Positions 37,760 to 50,834 of a stretch of 64,000 nucleotides of DNA are shown here, in pieces. The DNA comes from Eledone cirrhosa (taxonomy: Eukaryota). How positions within the stretch are numbered: the first letter of the stretch is position 1; the number at the start of each line of letters is the position of its first letter. Location: positions 109,988,001 through 110,052,000 of the forward strand of contig OZ024740.1 of assembly GCA_964016885.1 (NCBI GenBank), read 5' to 3'. Below the pieces are notes generated by a model. The model was not told where the DNA came from. It saw only the letters and a list, made by a program, of their open reading frames with translations, and searched no databases. A program made the translations under genes and the position numbers.

Positions 37760-38450
37760 TGTATCACATTGCACCACACTATACAATACTACAATATACA
37801 ATATATCACACTATACAATACTACAATATACAATATATCACACTATACAATACTACAATTACATTGTATCACAGTGTACCACACTGTATCACAATATCAA
37901 AATATAACATACTGTACCACACTGTATCACAATATCAAAATATAACATACTGTACCACACTGTACAATATGATATACTATATCACATTGTACCATATTGT
38001 CTAATTTTATCACATTGTATAACTCTACCATACTGTATCCCACTGTACAATAATCTACTATATCATACTGTACTATATCATACTGTACCATATCACACCA
38101 TATTTTATCATAGTGTAACACACTGTATCATATTGTACCATACTGCATCATACTGTACTACACTGTATCATATTGTACTACACTATCATACTGTACCATA
38201 TGGTATTGTACTGTATCATATTGTACCATATTGTATTGTACTGTATCATATTGTTCCATACTGTACCATATTGTATCATACTGTATCACATTGAATCATA
38301 TGGTATCATACTGTACCATATTGTGCTATATTGTATGGTACTGTATCCCACTGCACCACACTGCACCATACTGTATCATATTGTACTATACTGTATCCTA
38401 CCATTCCATATCTTACCATACCCTATCATATCATATTGTATCATAGAGTA
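37760..38450. repeat. 5/10-bp periodic satellite (CATACTGTAC/CATATTGTAT)
   Basis: Degenerate tandem periodicity. Confidence 0.85.
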
Positions 38451-39148
38451 TTAGTATCTACCTATGTCCCATGACATTCTACGTTCAAATTTCACATATC
38501 TGTGTATGAATGTGGGCCAATCTGTCTATGCATCAATGTGTACATGCATCTATGTGTGAATGCATCTATGTGTGTGTATGCATCTCTGTATATTCATGTA
38601 TAACAGTTTGTAAATATGTGTCTATCACACTATGTATGCATTTCTCTGTGTACATTCATATATCTTAGCATGTACATATATCTCTATGTAGCTATGCATA
38701 TGTGTGTGGGTATGCGTGCATGTGGTTAAGTATGTGTGGATGTGCATGCATGTGAGAGTGCATGTGGCTAAGTATGTGTGTGTGTCCGACAGCTCTAAAT
38801 AACTTGCTTCCTTCTCTGTCCTCTGAGTCATCCTCACATGTTTCATGTACAGTAAAGCCTCTTCCACATCAATTGTTGTTGTTGTTGATTGACAGTCTCT
38901 TTTCATTCTTTCTTTCTACCTCCCTCACTCTCTTCCTCTCTCAGTAATACTTTGTTCTACATAGTGCATCATCATTCATCATCATCATTTCATTTTACGT
39001 CCACTTTTCCCTGCTTGCAAGGGTGGGACGGGAACTGATGCTGGCTTGATTTCTACAGCTGGATGCCCTTCCATGTGCCTGCATATATATACATATATAT
39101 ACCTATACATATATACATATTCATATATATACCTATACATATTCATAT

Positions 39149-40080
39149 ATCATCATCATCATCACCGTTTTACGTCCGGTCTTCCACGCTAGCATGGGTT
39201 AGACGGGTTGTCCTGTTGTGGGCAGTGTCTGGTCAGCTGACCATGCCTTGCTCATACGGGAACTGATCTGGCTTGATTTCTACAGCTGGATGCCCTTCCT
39301 AACACCAACCACATTTACAGTGAGTGCTGGGTGCTTTTTCGTGGCGCCTACACGTCCACTTTACAGTGTGGGCTGGGTGCTTTTTTGCCATGGCACCTCC
39401 ACGACCACCTTGCGGTGGGGGGTGTGGGGGCATATTGTTTATATGCTTCAGCTTGTACCCACGGGAGGTCGGGTACTCTGTATTACTGCGTGACGCCAGA
39501 AGTCACGGTCGTGTGTCATTGTCTTTGAGAGGTGTAATTGGGTAAGGTCGGCTTTTATCACCTCATCCCAGGTCATCTTGGGTCTCCAGACTCCGCGGTT
39601 TCCATCAACTTCTAGTGCTCTGCACCTTTTTATGCAGCTGTCATCCTTCATACGCATCACATGTCCATACCAGCGCAACGGCCTCTCCTGCACACAGCAT
39701 TTGATTCCTCTTATGCTCAGTCTCTCTCTCAATTCATTTATGCTTTGTCGTTCACGTATATTACTATTACACATCCATCGGAGCATGCAGGCTTCGTTTC
39801 TTTCTAATCTACGCAAGTCTTCCACCTTCAGCGCCCAGGTCTCACTACCATGCAACATCGCTGTTCGGATACACGCATCATACAGTCTGCCTTTCATTCT
39901 GAGGGAGAAGCCTTTTGCAGCTAGCAGTGGTAGTAGTTCCCTAAACTTCTTCCATCCCGTTCTTACCCTAGTTATTGTACTTTCTGAACACCCACCTCCG
40001 TTGGTAATTCGGTCACCTAGGTAGCAGAAGCTGTCTACTGTTTCTACAGGGCCCTCACAGAGATTGGTGGTACTTGTTTG
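39149..40080 (-). mobile_element. 5'-truncated RTE LINE (subfamily A)
   Basis: ORF 39448-40095 is near-identical to the C-terminus of 10047-12311. Same 3' UTR and (CAT)n tail. Confidence 0.93.
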
Positions 40081-40369
40081 TATGTATATATACATATATA
40101 TACCTATACATATACATATTCATATATATAGCTATACATTTACATATTCATGTATATACATATATGCCTATATATATACATATACAAATTCATATATATA
40201 CATATATACCTATACATATACAAATTCATATATATATACATATATACCTATACATATACATATTCATATATATGCATATATACTGATACATATATACTTA
40301 TACTTATACAAATATACTTATACATATACACATATATACTTATACATACACACATATATACTTATACAT

Positions 40370-40400
<31 letters not shown>

Positions 40401-42794
40401 CACCCATACATATATACATGCATACATACATACATATAGACTTACATATGTATATTCATACATATGTATATACTTATATATATACATATGTATATTCATA
40501 CATATGTATATACTTATATATATACATACATACAAACACATATACATAAATACATACATACATACATACAAACATATACATACATATATATACACATATA
40601 TATAAATTTATGTATTCATAAATATATATATACACACACTTCTTCACATGATCAAATGCGTGGGCAGAATGATATCATGTATCACTAAGATTTATATCAC
40701 ATTCAACCCCTCACCCTAACAACTGCTTTTACACCAAGCTTCTATATGGTCAGGTGACCTGCTAGAAATGGCAGCCAAATTCTCATCAAATTGCTACATG
40801 CTATTTAAAAATATCTTTTTATAATGTAGTCCATGATATAAACTATGAAAGAAAAAGTACATTTTGGAGGTCTAAGCTGGAACCCTTTTCATGATGGGTC
40901 AGAATGGTGAAAGTTAACCTGAGGTTATTAACCATAACACCACAAACATGATGCTGATGAGCAAACATGGGATCCATAACGCAAACACTTCTACTAGAAT
41001 CCTTCCACCTCAAATCCTAATATTAGCTTCTAAACTCTTTTGATACCAAACCAGCAGCCACCACGCAGGGCTCCACAATACAACTATATTTATTTTAAAG
41101 TGTTTATATTTATCTAAAAACCTTTTATCAAAATTTTATGTAAGCACCTCTTAAGTCAACCTAAATCGTTTGGAATAAAATTGGGGGAGAGGAAAATTGC
41201 TTAGAGGCCTGTCAAATGGACTGTAATTCGAACAGCTGACATTGTTAGCATATGGAATTTCCTTGATAAATAAATTAAGAGTACATGTGTCTGAGGAACA
41301 CTCAGTCGCTCACGTGTTCATCTCATAGGCAGGCAGTTCCGTTGATTAAACAACTAGAAAAATCATGGAAAGCAACTGATTGTAACTGCTACAGACACTA
41401 CTTTATTACTTGTTCTTGTGTCTGTGTTCACTCAAGATGGATTAAGCCAGCCCCAACTAGTTTATCCACAGCATCATGAAGAGAGGACACCCATGTATGA
41501 CAATTACAGAAGCCTGATATGGAATAGAATGGATCTTCGTAGGTTTTCACGATGAGTGTTTTAGTTTTTTGATTAACTGAACACCCTTCTAATGACATAA
41601 TGTGTAAGTGACTGAGCTTTCCTCAGAGAGGTACATACTTAATGTAATTCTGAAGGAAATTCAGTAACACAATGTGCAATAGAGCTGACCCTTTGAATTA
41701 CAGGTGTAGTTGAACCAACGGGCTTAGAAATAATTTTTGGTGTAGATACAGTCAGCCAATCATGATTCCAACAATGTACATTTACGCCATGTTGGGTGGT
41801 GCTCACATGTGACTGCATAGCAAAGAGTTCACTCTGTGGGTGGCAGAGTGTGACCAAACTAATGGTGGTGCCTTTTGAGAAGGATTTGTTAGAGGCAAGT
41901 AATCTGGCAGTGGTGACCAATTTTGGAGTTTGGCATAAAATCTAATGTGCAAACACAGAATTTGGCAAAACTGGTTCGATACTTGTAGCTTATGTCTGTG
42001 ACTCCCATTCGCCAGGATTTGCAACCATAGAGGAGGAGGATGTGATTGAGTACTCGATAGATGCAGATTTTGTGGCCAAACCAAAGCCAGCTTTGAAGAT
42101 GACAAAATGCAGCCTAGAGATAGTTGAAGTAGGATCAGAATGCTGTTCCAAGACAGTCGATCAAGTTCTGGCTGTCTTAGAAGTCTGATGGAACAAAGCT
42201 GATTGGATCACGGGAAAGATTTTTCAGCAATAACAACATCGACCTGAAATTCCAAGTGCCTCGGTAGAGCTAAGTGCTAGAACTGTTAAGAAAAGTTATA
42301 AAGGTAAGAAACTAAGATAAAACATCTAATATATTCCCCTCCCCCTCTCTCTCTCATATATATATAACACCACAACCATTTTTGATGAGATAAAATGAGG
42401 TGATGACAATACAGAACCACTGACATTCTATTCCTAGCAGAAGATCAAAAGCCACCAAGTTGATAAGAAAACCTTTACAACCTCCTTCAAATTCCAAGAA
42501 TGTTTTCAATAAATTGTGAGAGAAAGTACAAAAAAAAAAAAAAAAAAAATGTATTCCTCTGCACACACAAATAAAATAAGATAGTTATATACATTTATAC
42601 AAACATATATGTCCAAACTATGCCAGCATGGAAATGGGTATAAAACAATGATGATGGTGTGTGGGTGTGTGTGTCATTATCATGTAACATCTGTTTTCCA
42701 ATGCTGGCATGGGTTATATAGGTCATCACATATTAATTCAATATTTAGTTGAAGCTACTGCCCTTGTAGATAGGCTGGGGGTATTTACATATCC

Positions 42795-43140
42795 ATACCA
42801 GTGCAGTCTTCTCTCCTGCACACTACATCTGATTCCTTTTATACTCAGCTCATCCATGCTTTGTCATTCCTGCACATCCACTGGAGCATGCTCACTTCAT
42901 TTCTCTCTTGCCTTTGTATATCTTCTGTACTCATTGCCCATGTCTCACTGCTATGCAATATCACACACAGGTATTACATAGTTAGCCTTTTGTTTGTAAA
43001 GAGAAACCTTGTGTTGTCAACAGAGGTAGTAGCTCTCTGAACTTTTTCCATCCTGTTCTTTATTCTAGCTACTATGCTCCCACTCATTATATGACCTAGA
43101 TAACAGAAGCTATCAATCACTTCTATGGATCCTTCCTGGG
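42795..43140 (-). pseudogene. Decayed RTE RT C-terminal fragment
   Basis: Minus strand reads GSIEVIDSFCYLGH and GWKKFRELL, followed by decayed downstream motifs. Confidence 0.75.
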
Positions 43141-43244
43141 AATGGAAAACTTTTATTTCGCTGATGCTGAACCTGAATAGATCTGTCTTTTCTCAAAAAA
43201 AATTTTTTTTCTTTCTATTTCTTCTTTAATTTCTCATTCAATAT

Positions 43245-43275
43245 TTGATGAAGGACTAGAGTCCAAAACGTTAAG
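43245..43275 (+). ncRNA. Degenerate minimal hammerhead motif (same family as 13248)
   Basis: TTGATGA-A-GGAC taga GTCC-AAAAC-GTT-AAG. Core positions C3 and G12 are mutated. Confidence 0.45.
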
Positions 43276-43567
43276 CCTCTTTTCCTACTATATCAAGCAT
43301 AAAAACTAATATATTTCTTCATTGTACTGGGTCATTTGCTATATTTCTGTTTGCCTTTTGCATGCATGCACACACACACACACAGACAATGGAGTCTCAC
43401 ATATGAAATATAGTGAGCTGAAAAATGTTGATTAACTGAGATTATCCTTGTGATTTGAAGACAAGTGTATGTATGTATGTATGTATGTATGTATGTATGT
43501 ATGTATGTATGTATGTATGTATGTATGTATGTATGTATGTATGTATGCATGCATACATGCATCTCTC

Positions 43568-43599
<32 letters not shown>

Positions 43600-44745
43600 C
43601 GTGTGTGTATATATATATATATAAACATCATCATATATATCATCATTATCTTTTAATGTCCATTTTCTCTACTAGCAGCCCATATATATTCAACAATTAA
43701 TTGGAAAAAAAAAAAACAAATTTATATTTATTTATACATTTATTGAAATTCTATAATTTCCTCACAATTCTTTAGCCATTGTTTTCTATAGAATATTCAA
43801 GAATCTAAATCTAGTGTAAGACCAAAATAGCCATATAGATTCACAGACATAGTTCTTTATAGACAGAATAAAGAAAATAAGAATTTCTTTTTTATTCATT
43901 TCTATTTACTCTTTTACTGGTTTAAGTAATTGAACTGTGGCTTTTAAATGATTTCATCAAGTATAGACTCCTGTTACCTAATTTTTAACCCTTTCTTTAC
44001 TATATTTCTAATGAGAGACACTGTCTATGATTATCAAATCATTTTGTAAATAATTAAGAATTTGATGGGATTTGGTATAACAACTGACTTTCTTAGAGTA
44101 TTTAGCTATAGAAAACCTGCCAAAGTGTTCGCTGGAAGACTTTTCAGCTGTGTCAAAGACATGACAACCTGTCTAGTGCTGATGCCACAATAAAATGTTC
44201 CCGGTAAAGTGCGTGAACATATGCAAATGAGCTGCGGAGCCTCCTTGTTTGTCAGAGCACTGAGTACAGTGTAGGGGTGTATGTAAGCAATATATAGGAC
44301 CCTGACACATCTGAGAGGTCAGTAGCTTTGATTTGGTTGCAGGGAAAATGGATGTTTAATGATGATGATGTGATTAAGAACATAACAAAGGCTCTTACAT
44401 AGAATTATGATAGATTTCTAAATAAACATTTTAAAATAATTTGCTTTGTATTATAGAATCAGGGGTGATGTTAGGTGGTTTGTTATTAAAAGAATTAAAG
44501 TCTGGTAATTTATTTCATCAATCTGTATTCGTTGAACTGCTATGTTATAGAACATAAGCAAAGGTGATATTAACATAATCTCAGGCAGACATATGCACAC
44601 ATACATACATGTAGGTATGGCTGTTTGTCACCTTGGGCAAGAGCCCCCTTCTATAGCCTCAGATTGACCAATCCTTTATGAGTGAAATTTGGTAGCTAGA
44701 AATTGTGCCAAAGCCCATCAGGGTCCTGAATCTTATCATATATAT

Positions 44746-45717
44746 CATCATCATCATCATTTTACATCCGCTTTTCCCTGTTTGAAAGGGTGAGACGGGT
44801 CCTATTCAGCACAGCATCTCTCCACTTGTCACGGTCCTTCGTCATCTCCACTGTGAGCTTCAGCGATCTGAGGTCTGCTCTCACCACCTCCGACCACGTT
44901 TTTCGTGGTCTAGCTCTACCATGTCTTCCTTCAACTGGCATTTCCTGGCACTTCTTCACCCATCGGTCATCGTCCATGCGCATCACATGTCCAATCCATC
45001 GCAGTCTCCTCTCTCGCACACTACAATCTATCCCTCCCAGACACAGTTTCTCTCTCAACACTTCCATGCTCGGTCGTTCATGCACATTGACATTGCACAT
45101 CCAACGGAACATGTTTGCCACATTTCTCTCAAGCCGTCATATATCCTCTGCAGTTGCTGTCCATGTCTCTCTATCAGGCAGCATCACGCTCCTCATCCAG
45201 GCATCATATAACCGGCCTTTTGTACGCAGGGAGAAACCCTTCTTCATCAGCAGAGGAAGCAGCTCCCTAAACTTCTTCCAACCAATCCTTATTCTAGATA
45301 TTATGGTCTCGGAACACCCCCCTCCCATGCTAATCTAACCTCCTAGGTACCGGAAGCTATCAACCACTTCTATAGCACCCACCTGCATTTGAAAAATGTG
45401 TCTATCAATGCGACTTCTACTGTCTAATTTCCATGTACATCTACTGCATACGTATTTCTCCCTACCTGTTAGTTTGCCTGCTATCCCACTACATCTCTTG
45501 TGTACCCAAGATCTGCATTGTGTGCATTTTATAGAATTTATGCCAGTTCCTTTTCTGCATATCGAACATGGCCATTTCCCTGATGGAATCAGAGTTTTGT
45601 CCTCTTTTCTACTCATGAACACTTTTGTCTTAGCTAGGTTCACTCTCAGTCCTTTTGATTCCAACTGGTGTTTCCATAGCCAGAATTTATTCTCTAACTC
45701 CTCTACTGATTCTGATA
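44746..45717 (-). mobile_element. 5'-truncated RTE LINE (subfamily C) with stops
   Basis: ORFs 45335-45664, 45137-45328 and 44762-45121. The (CAT)n tail follows almost directly after the ORF end. Confidence 0.9.
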
Positions 45718-45719
45718 TA

Positions 45720-47632
45720 TAACCAAGTCGTACAAAACGGGGTTGTTCCGAAGGACTGGCATAGCAGCATCATCGTTAACTGTTATAAGGGTAAAGGAGA
45801 CGCCCTAGATAGGAGTAACTATAGAGGCATTAAATTAATCGACCAGGTCATGAAGGTCACGGAAAGAGTAATAGCGCAGCTAATCAGAGAGAGAATTGAC
45901 CTAGATGAAATGCAGTTCGGGTTTGTGTCAGGCAAAAGTACCACAGACGCTCTTTTCATAGTACGACAACTACAAGAGAAGTACCTAGCTAAAGGTAAAC
46001 CCCTCTACTTAGCTTTTGTCGACTTGGAGAAAGCCTTCGACAGAGTCCCCCGCTCCATTATCTGGTGGGCTCTTAGAAAACTAGGCGTTGACGAATGGCT
46101 TGTGAGGGCTATACAAGCCATGTATAAAGAAACAGTCAGCAAGGTTAGAATTAACAACGAATATAGTGAAGAGTTTAGCGTAAAAGTCGGCGTCCATCAG
46201 GGCTCTGTTCTCAGTCCACTACTATTTATTATTGCCCTTCAGGCCATAACAGAGGAGTTCAAGACAGGCTGCCCATGGGAACTCCTATACGCAGACGACC
46301 TGACACTCATAGCGGAATCAATGGCCGAGCTAGAGAAGAAATCCCAAACATGGAAGCACGGCCTAGAGTCAAAAGGACTTAAAATTAACCTGGCTAAGAC
46401 CAAAGTACTAGTTTGTAGGAAAGAAAACAAGGCGGCGGTCCCTTCTGGGAAATGGTCGTGCTCGGTGTGTAGGAAAGGCGTAGGTAGAAACTCCATTTTA
46501 TGTCCTAAATGCAAAGTATGGGTGCATAAAAGATGTAGTGGGATCACAGGTAGGCTAACTAAGAACATAGATTTTACATGTGGCCGGTGCTCTGGTGCAA
46601 TAAGTAGCAGCAAGTGCCCACAAACTACTAGCTCTTTCAATTGCGCAGAGGGTTCTATAGAAATAGTGGACAGCTTCCGTTACCTGGGCGATAAAATCAG
46701 CAGTGGGGGAGGGTGCTCTGAAAGTACTGTAGCTAGAGTCAGAACTGGTTGGAAAAAGTTCAGAGAGCTTATACCACTATTAGCTGCTAAAGGGTTCTCA
46801 CTAAAAATGAAAGGCAGGTTGTACGATGCCTGCATACGAACAGCAATGCTGCATGGCAGTGAGACCTGGGCATTGTGTGCAGAGGATATACGCAGACTAG
46901 AGAGGAACGAAGCTTGCATGCTCCGCTGGATGTGTAACAGTAATATACGTGAACGGCAAAGCATAAACGAACTAAGGAATAAATTAGAGATAAGAGGGAT
47001 CAGATGTTGTTTACTCGAGAGAAGGCTACGTTGGTATGGACACGTGATGCGCATGAAAGTCGATAGCTGTATAACAAAGTGCAGGGCAATAAAGATAGAC
47101 GGTAGTCACGGAATAGGCAGACCTAGAAAAACCTGGGACGAGCTGATAAACTCCGACATCACACACTTACACCTCTCCAAGACAATGTCACTGGACCGAG
47201 ACCTTTGGCGGTACTCAGTAACAGAGAAGACCCGCCTTACCTAAATATATAGTAAAACCTACTCCAGCCAGTAGGCATCTCTAACAAATACACCCCGTCC
47301 CACCACCCCCACCCGATCCACACCACCCCGTTCTATGTAAAGTTATGTTGGTGCCGCGCCATCGAGGCCGAAACAAATGAGATCGTGTAGGTGTCACGAC
47401 AAAAAAACACACAGTCCACGCTGTAATGTGGCCGTGTAGGCAACACGGTAAAAACCTCCCAGACCCACACTGTAAATGTGGTTGGTGTTAGGAAGGGCAT
47501 CCAACTGTAGAAAACCTGCCAGACAGTCCTATGCGAGCAAGACAATCACTCTTGCCTCAAGTGGGACTACCCCCGTCCAAACCCATGCAAGCGTGGAACA
47601 CGGACGTTAAACGCTGATGATGATGATGATGA

Positions 47633-47636
<4 letters not shown>
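45720..47636 (+). mobile_element. 5'-truncated RTE LINE (subfamily B) with an intact RT frame
   Basis: ORF to 47244 with all RT motifs (YADD) and the PHD-like finger, then 3' UTR and (GAT)n tail. Confidence 0.95.
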
Positions 47637-47672
<36 letters not shown>

Positions 47673-47730
47673 TCATCATCATCTTCGTTTAACGTCCACT
47701 TTCCACGCTAGCATGGGTTAGATATATATA

Positions 47731-48432
47731 TACAAATATATTACACAGAGAGAAGTGTGTTACACAGTGAGATGTGTGTAAAGAATTATTACATGTGGGT
47801 TTAACCGTTACTGTATGGAAAACAACACCTACAGTTTAGCAATTAAATAGAAAGAACCCTAAGTCAGAATCAAATCTCCGAAGTAGAGTTTTAAATTACC
47901 AACCTTATAACTATAAGCTTGCTGATACAAATCTATTTCATTTCGCCACTGAAATGTGTTGTGTAAAAGTCCACAGGTTCCTCTGTCAGCAAGTGTAGAA
48001 TTGCCCGCCACACATCTAGCCTAATGGAAAGAGAGAACGCAAATATACTGCCCAGAGCAGGGCAAAAACACGTGTTATTTGCATCAAATAACGGCTCTCA
48101 TGAATTGGGGAAAATGCTAGAGAGTGCAGCCCAACCATTCGAATTTATTAGCTCAACAATTTGGAGCTTGTTAATTATACAAGGACGGAATTAGAGTATT
48201 CCGCAGTTCACAGTAATAATATTAGCTCAAAGAAGAACAGAGAATTTTCAACTGAGCTCAAATACAAATATATTACAGAGAGAGAAGTGTGTTACACAGT
48301 GAGATGTGTGTAAAGAATTATTACATGTGGGTTTAACCGTTACTGTATGGAAAACAACACCTACAGGTTAGCAATTAAATAGAAAGAACACTAAGTCAGA
48401 ATCAAATCTCCGAAGTAGAGTTTTAAATTACC
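47731..48432. repeat. ~170-bp direct repeat (47731-47900 / 48262-48432) around a unique ~360-bp core
   Basis: Two near-identical copies of TACAAATATATTACACAGAGAGAAG...TTTAAATTACCA. Confidence 0.85.
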
Positions 48433-48725
48433 AGAAAAAACCTGGGACGATCTGATAAATTCCGACCTTACACACTTGCACCTCTCTAAGACAATGTCAC
48501 TGGACCGAGATCTTTGGCGCTATGCAGTAATACAGAAGACCCGCCTACCCATACCCTATCCTCCCACTCCCACCAACACCACCCTCTCTCTGAATAGTTG
48601 GTACCACAACATCCAGTCCAAATAAATGAGATAATGAGATTGTGTAGGTGTCACAACAAAAAAACACAGTCCACGCTGTAATGTGGCCGTGTAGGTAACA
48701 CGGTAAAAAGTTTCCAGTTCCACAC
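48433..48725 (+). mobile_element. RTE-B-like 3' fragment
   Basis: RKTWDDLINSDLTHLHLSKTMSLDRDLWRY followed by a partial 3' UTR. Confidence 0.8.
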
Positions 48726-49539
48726 CAGTAAATTCTATATTGGCCGAAAACGCAATACCAGCTAAAAATATAGCAGCTGCTTTAAACTCTAGAGATTTTT
48801 TTTATTATTTTTTACTATTTAATTCTTTTTTATTATTTTTATTTATTATCTTTTAATCTTAATTTATTAACCATTTAACCCTTTAATGTTCAAACCAGCC
48901 AAAACCAGCCAGAATTCTCTACCTTTTTCTGTTGAAACTGGCTGTAACTGGTCGCTCAAACTGATGTTAAGGTATTGTTCTCAAAATAAATACTTTCAAA
49001 ATCTCATAAATTCGATATTATGTGAGATAATTATGTGAGATAAAGCCTTTACCATGAAAATAAAATAGTATATATCGAGTAATGTGAATGCTAAAGAGTT
49101 AATTTTATAATGTCCCACTCTCAGATATTTCACCTGCTTTCTACTTAGCCTAATTTCATACACACTCCTTAGAATTTGCTGTATAGAATTCATTTTTAAT
49201 GCTTGACCGGCTCCACCCACTTCCTCATTGTTCTACAGGCAAGTTCACCCCCCCCCCCTCCCACCCACCGCCATGAAAGATTTAATTGTGTTTACAAGAA
49301 ATTTTTACCAATCCTTTTGACAACTACAATTTTCCCATATAAGGAATTACCCCTTGAAAAGTTTGGCTATTTATTACCACGCTAAAAATTCTAATTTAGT
49401 TCAGAAATAGCCGTCAAAACGGCTTGAGCTCTGCTGTCGGGGTTAAACATTTTCCTATTACATATACATATATATATATACTAATCAGTGTAAAAAAGAG
49501 TTAGTTGATTTGTAATCAACTGATTCTTATATAACAGAT

Positions 49540-49805
49540 ACCAAGCATTCAACGGTAGAAATTTATCCGGAGTATTATTATAATAATAATAGTAATAAAT
49601 GAAAGATATATACTTTATATCATCTCTATTTATTTCATTATATATATTTCGAAGATGTTAAGTTTTATATACATGTTTTATGTATTTTATCTGAGGAGGC
49701 CATGCTTTGCTTTATGTTATACATAAAATTGTACATCTTCGAAATATATATAATGAAATAAATAGAGATGATATAAAATAGATATCTTTCGTATATTACT
49801 ATTAT
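49540..49805. mobile_element. Penelope-like inverted repeat (49588-49668 / 49720-49805) related to the 36.4-36.9 kb element
   Basis: The arms are reverse complements. 49543-49580 resembles the reverse complement of 36803-36838 (ACTCCGGATAAA..GTTGA.TGCTT). Confidence 0.65.
49683..49760 (+). ncRNA. Minimal type I hammerhead ribozyme with extended stem II
   Basis: Stem I TATTTTAT/ATGAAATA; CTGAGGA; G..C closing pair with TTTATG/CATAAA inside; GAAA; palindromic ATATATAT; AUA triplet. Confidence 0.65.
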
Positions 49806-50078
49806 GTGTTGTTTCCTTGAGCAAGACACTTTATTTCACATTGCTCCAGTTTACTCAGCTGTAGAAATGAGATGATAGGAACTGGAGTCCATATCATTCC
49901 ACTGCAAAGTGGTCGTGGAGGTGTCACGGCAAAAAAACACCCAGCACTCACTGTAAATGAGGTTGGTGTTAGGAAGGGCATCCAGCTGTAGAAATCAAGC
50001 CAGAATCAGTTCCCGTCCCACACTTGCAAGCAGGGAAAAGCGGACGTAAAATGATGATGATGATGATGATGATGATGA
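49806..50078 (+). mobile_element. SINE family 2 (5'-truncated) with RTE-derived tail
   Basis: Near-identical to 7668-7933; (GAT)n tail. Confidence 0.85.
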
Positions 50079-50080
50079 TA

Positions 50081-50160
50081 CAGGGTGTCCTCCAAAAATG
50101 TATACATTCTTCAAAGGCATTCTAATAAAAGTGTGTATATATTTTGGGGGAGATACCCTG
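50081..50160. mobile_element. 80-bp Tc1/mariner-type MITE
   Basis: TA|CAGGGTGTCCTCCAAAAATGTATACA ... TGTATATATTTTGGGGGAGATACCCTG|TA. Confidence 0.75.
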
Positions 50161-50834
50161 TAAATATACACATATACACCCACACAATATATCATCACTG
50201 TTTAATGTATATTTTCCATGCTTGCATGGGTTAGATGGGTTGTCACGTTCTCAGGTTGGAGATGTCAGGTGACTATGTCCTGATAATATGTTCTACGTTT
50301 GGCTTGGTTTCTATGGTTGGATGCCCTTCCTTGTGCTAACACTTTAAAGCATGTGTATTTGAGTGTGTGTGTGTGTGTGTGTGTGTGTGTCTCCACCATT
50401 TAAGTACTCTATATATCCTGTAACTTAGTAGTTTGACAAATAGTGATCAATAAAATAGCAAGAACTAGGGTCAATAGCATCAACTAAATCCCCCTCAGAA
50501 TGGCTGAAGTCTAATGACAGAAACTCTGTACATCATTTGAATAAAATGAAACACAAAGTTGACCTTGGCAGGATGTGCTGGAACACAAAAAAGCATTTTG
50601 TTCTCATTTTAACAACTTTGCCAATTAATCCCCTAGTTATTTCTCACAACTAGTCAGAAAAACCCTTTTTTATAAATGCAGTAAACTTTATCTTTTTTTT
50701 TATTATTACATTATTATTTTGATTGTTTTGATGTTGAATTCAATTGACCTGTTGTTGACTGATTATTACAATTTAGTATAAACCCTTGTGAATACACACA
50801 CACATATTCACACAAAAACACTTTTTAGCTTTAC

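Noticed and set aside
41530-42290. Coding-like non-repetitive stretch, possibly an old retroelement
   Set aside because: No diagnostic motif could be read with confidence in any frame.
44746-47636. Twin-priming inversion of a single LINE
   Set aside because: The halves belong to different subfamilies, overlap in RT coordinates and each has its own 3' tail.
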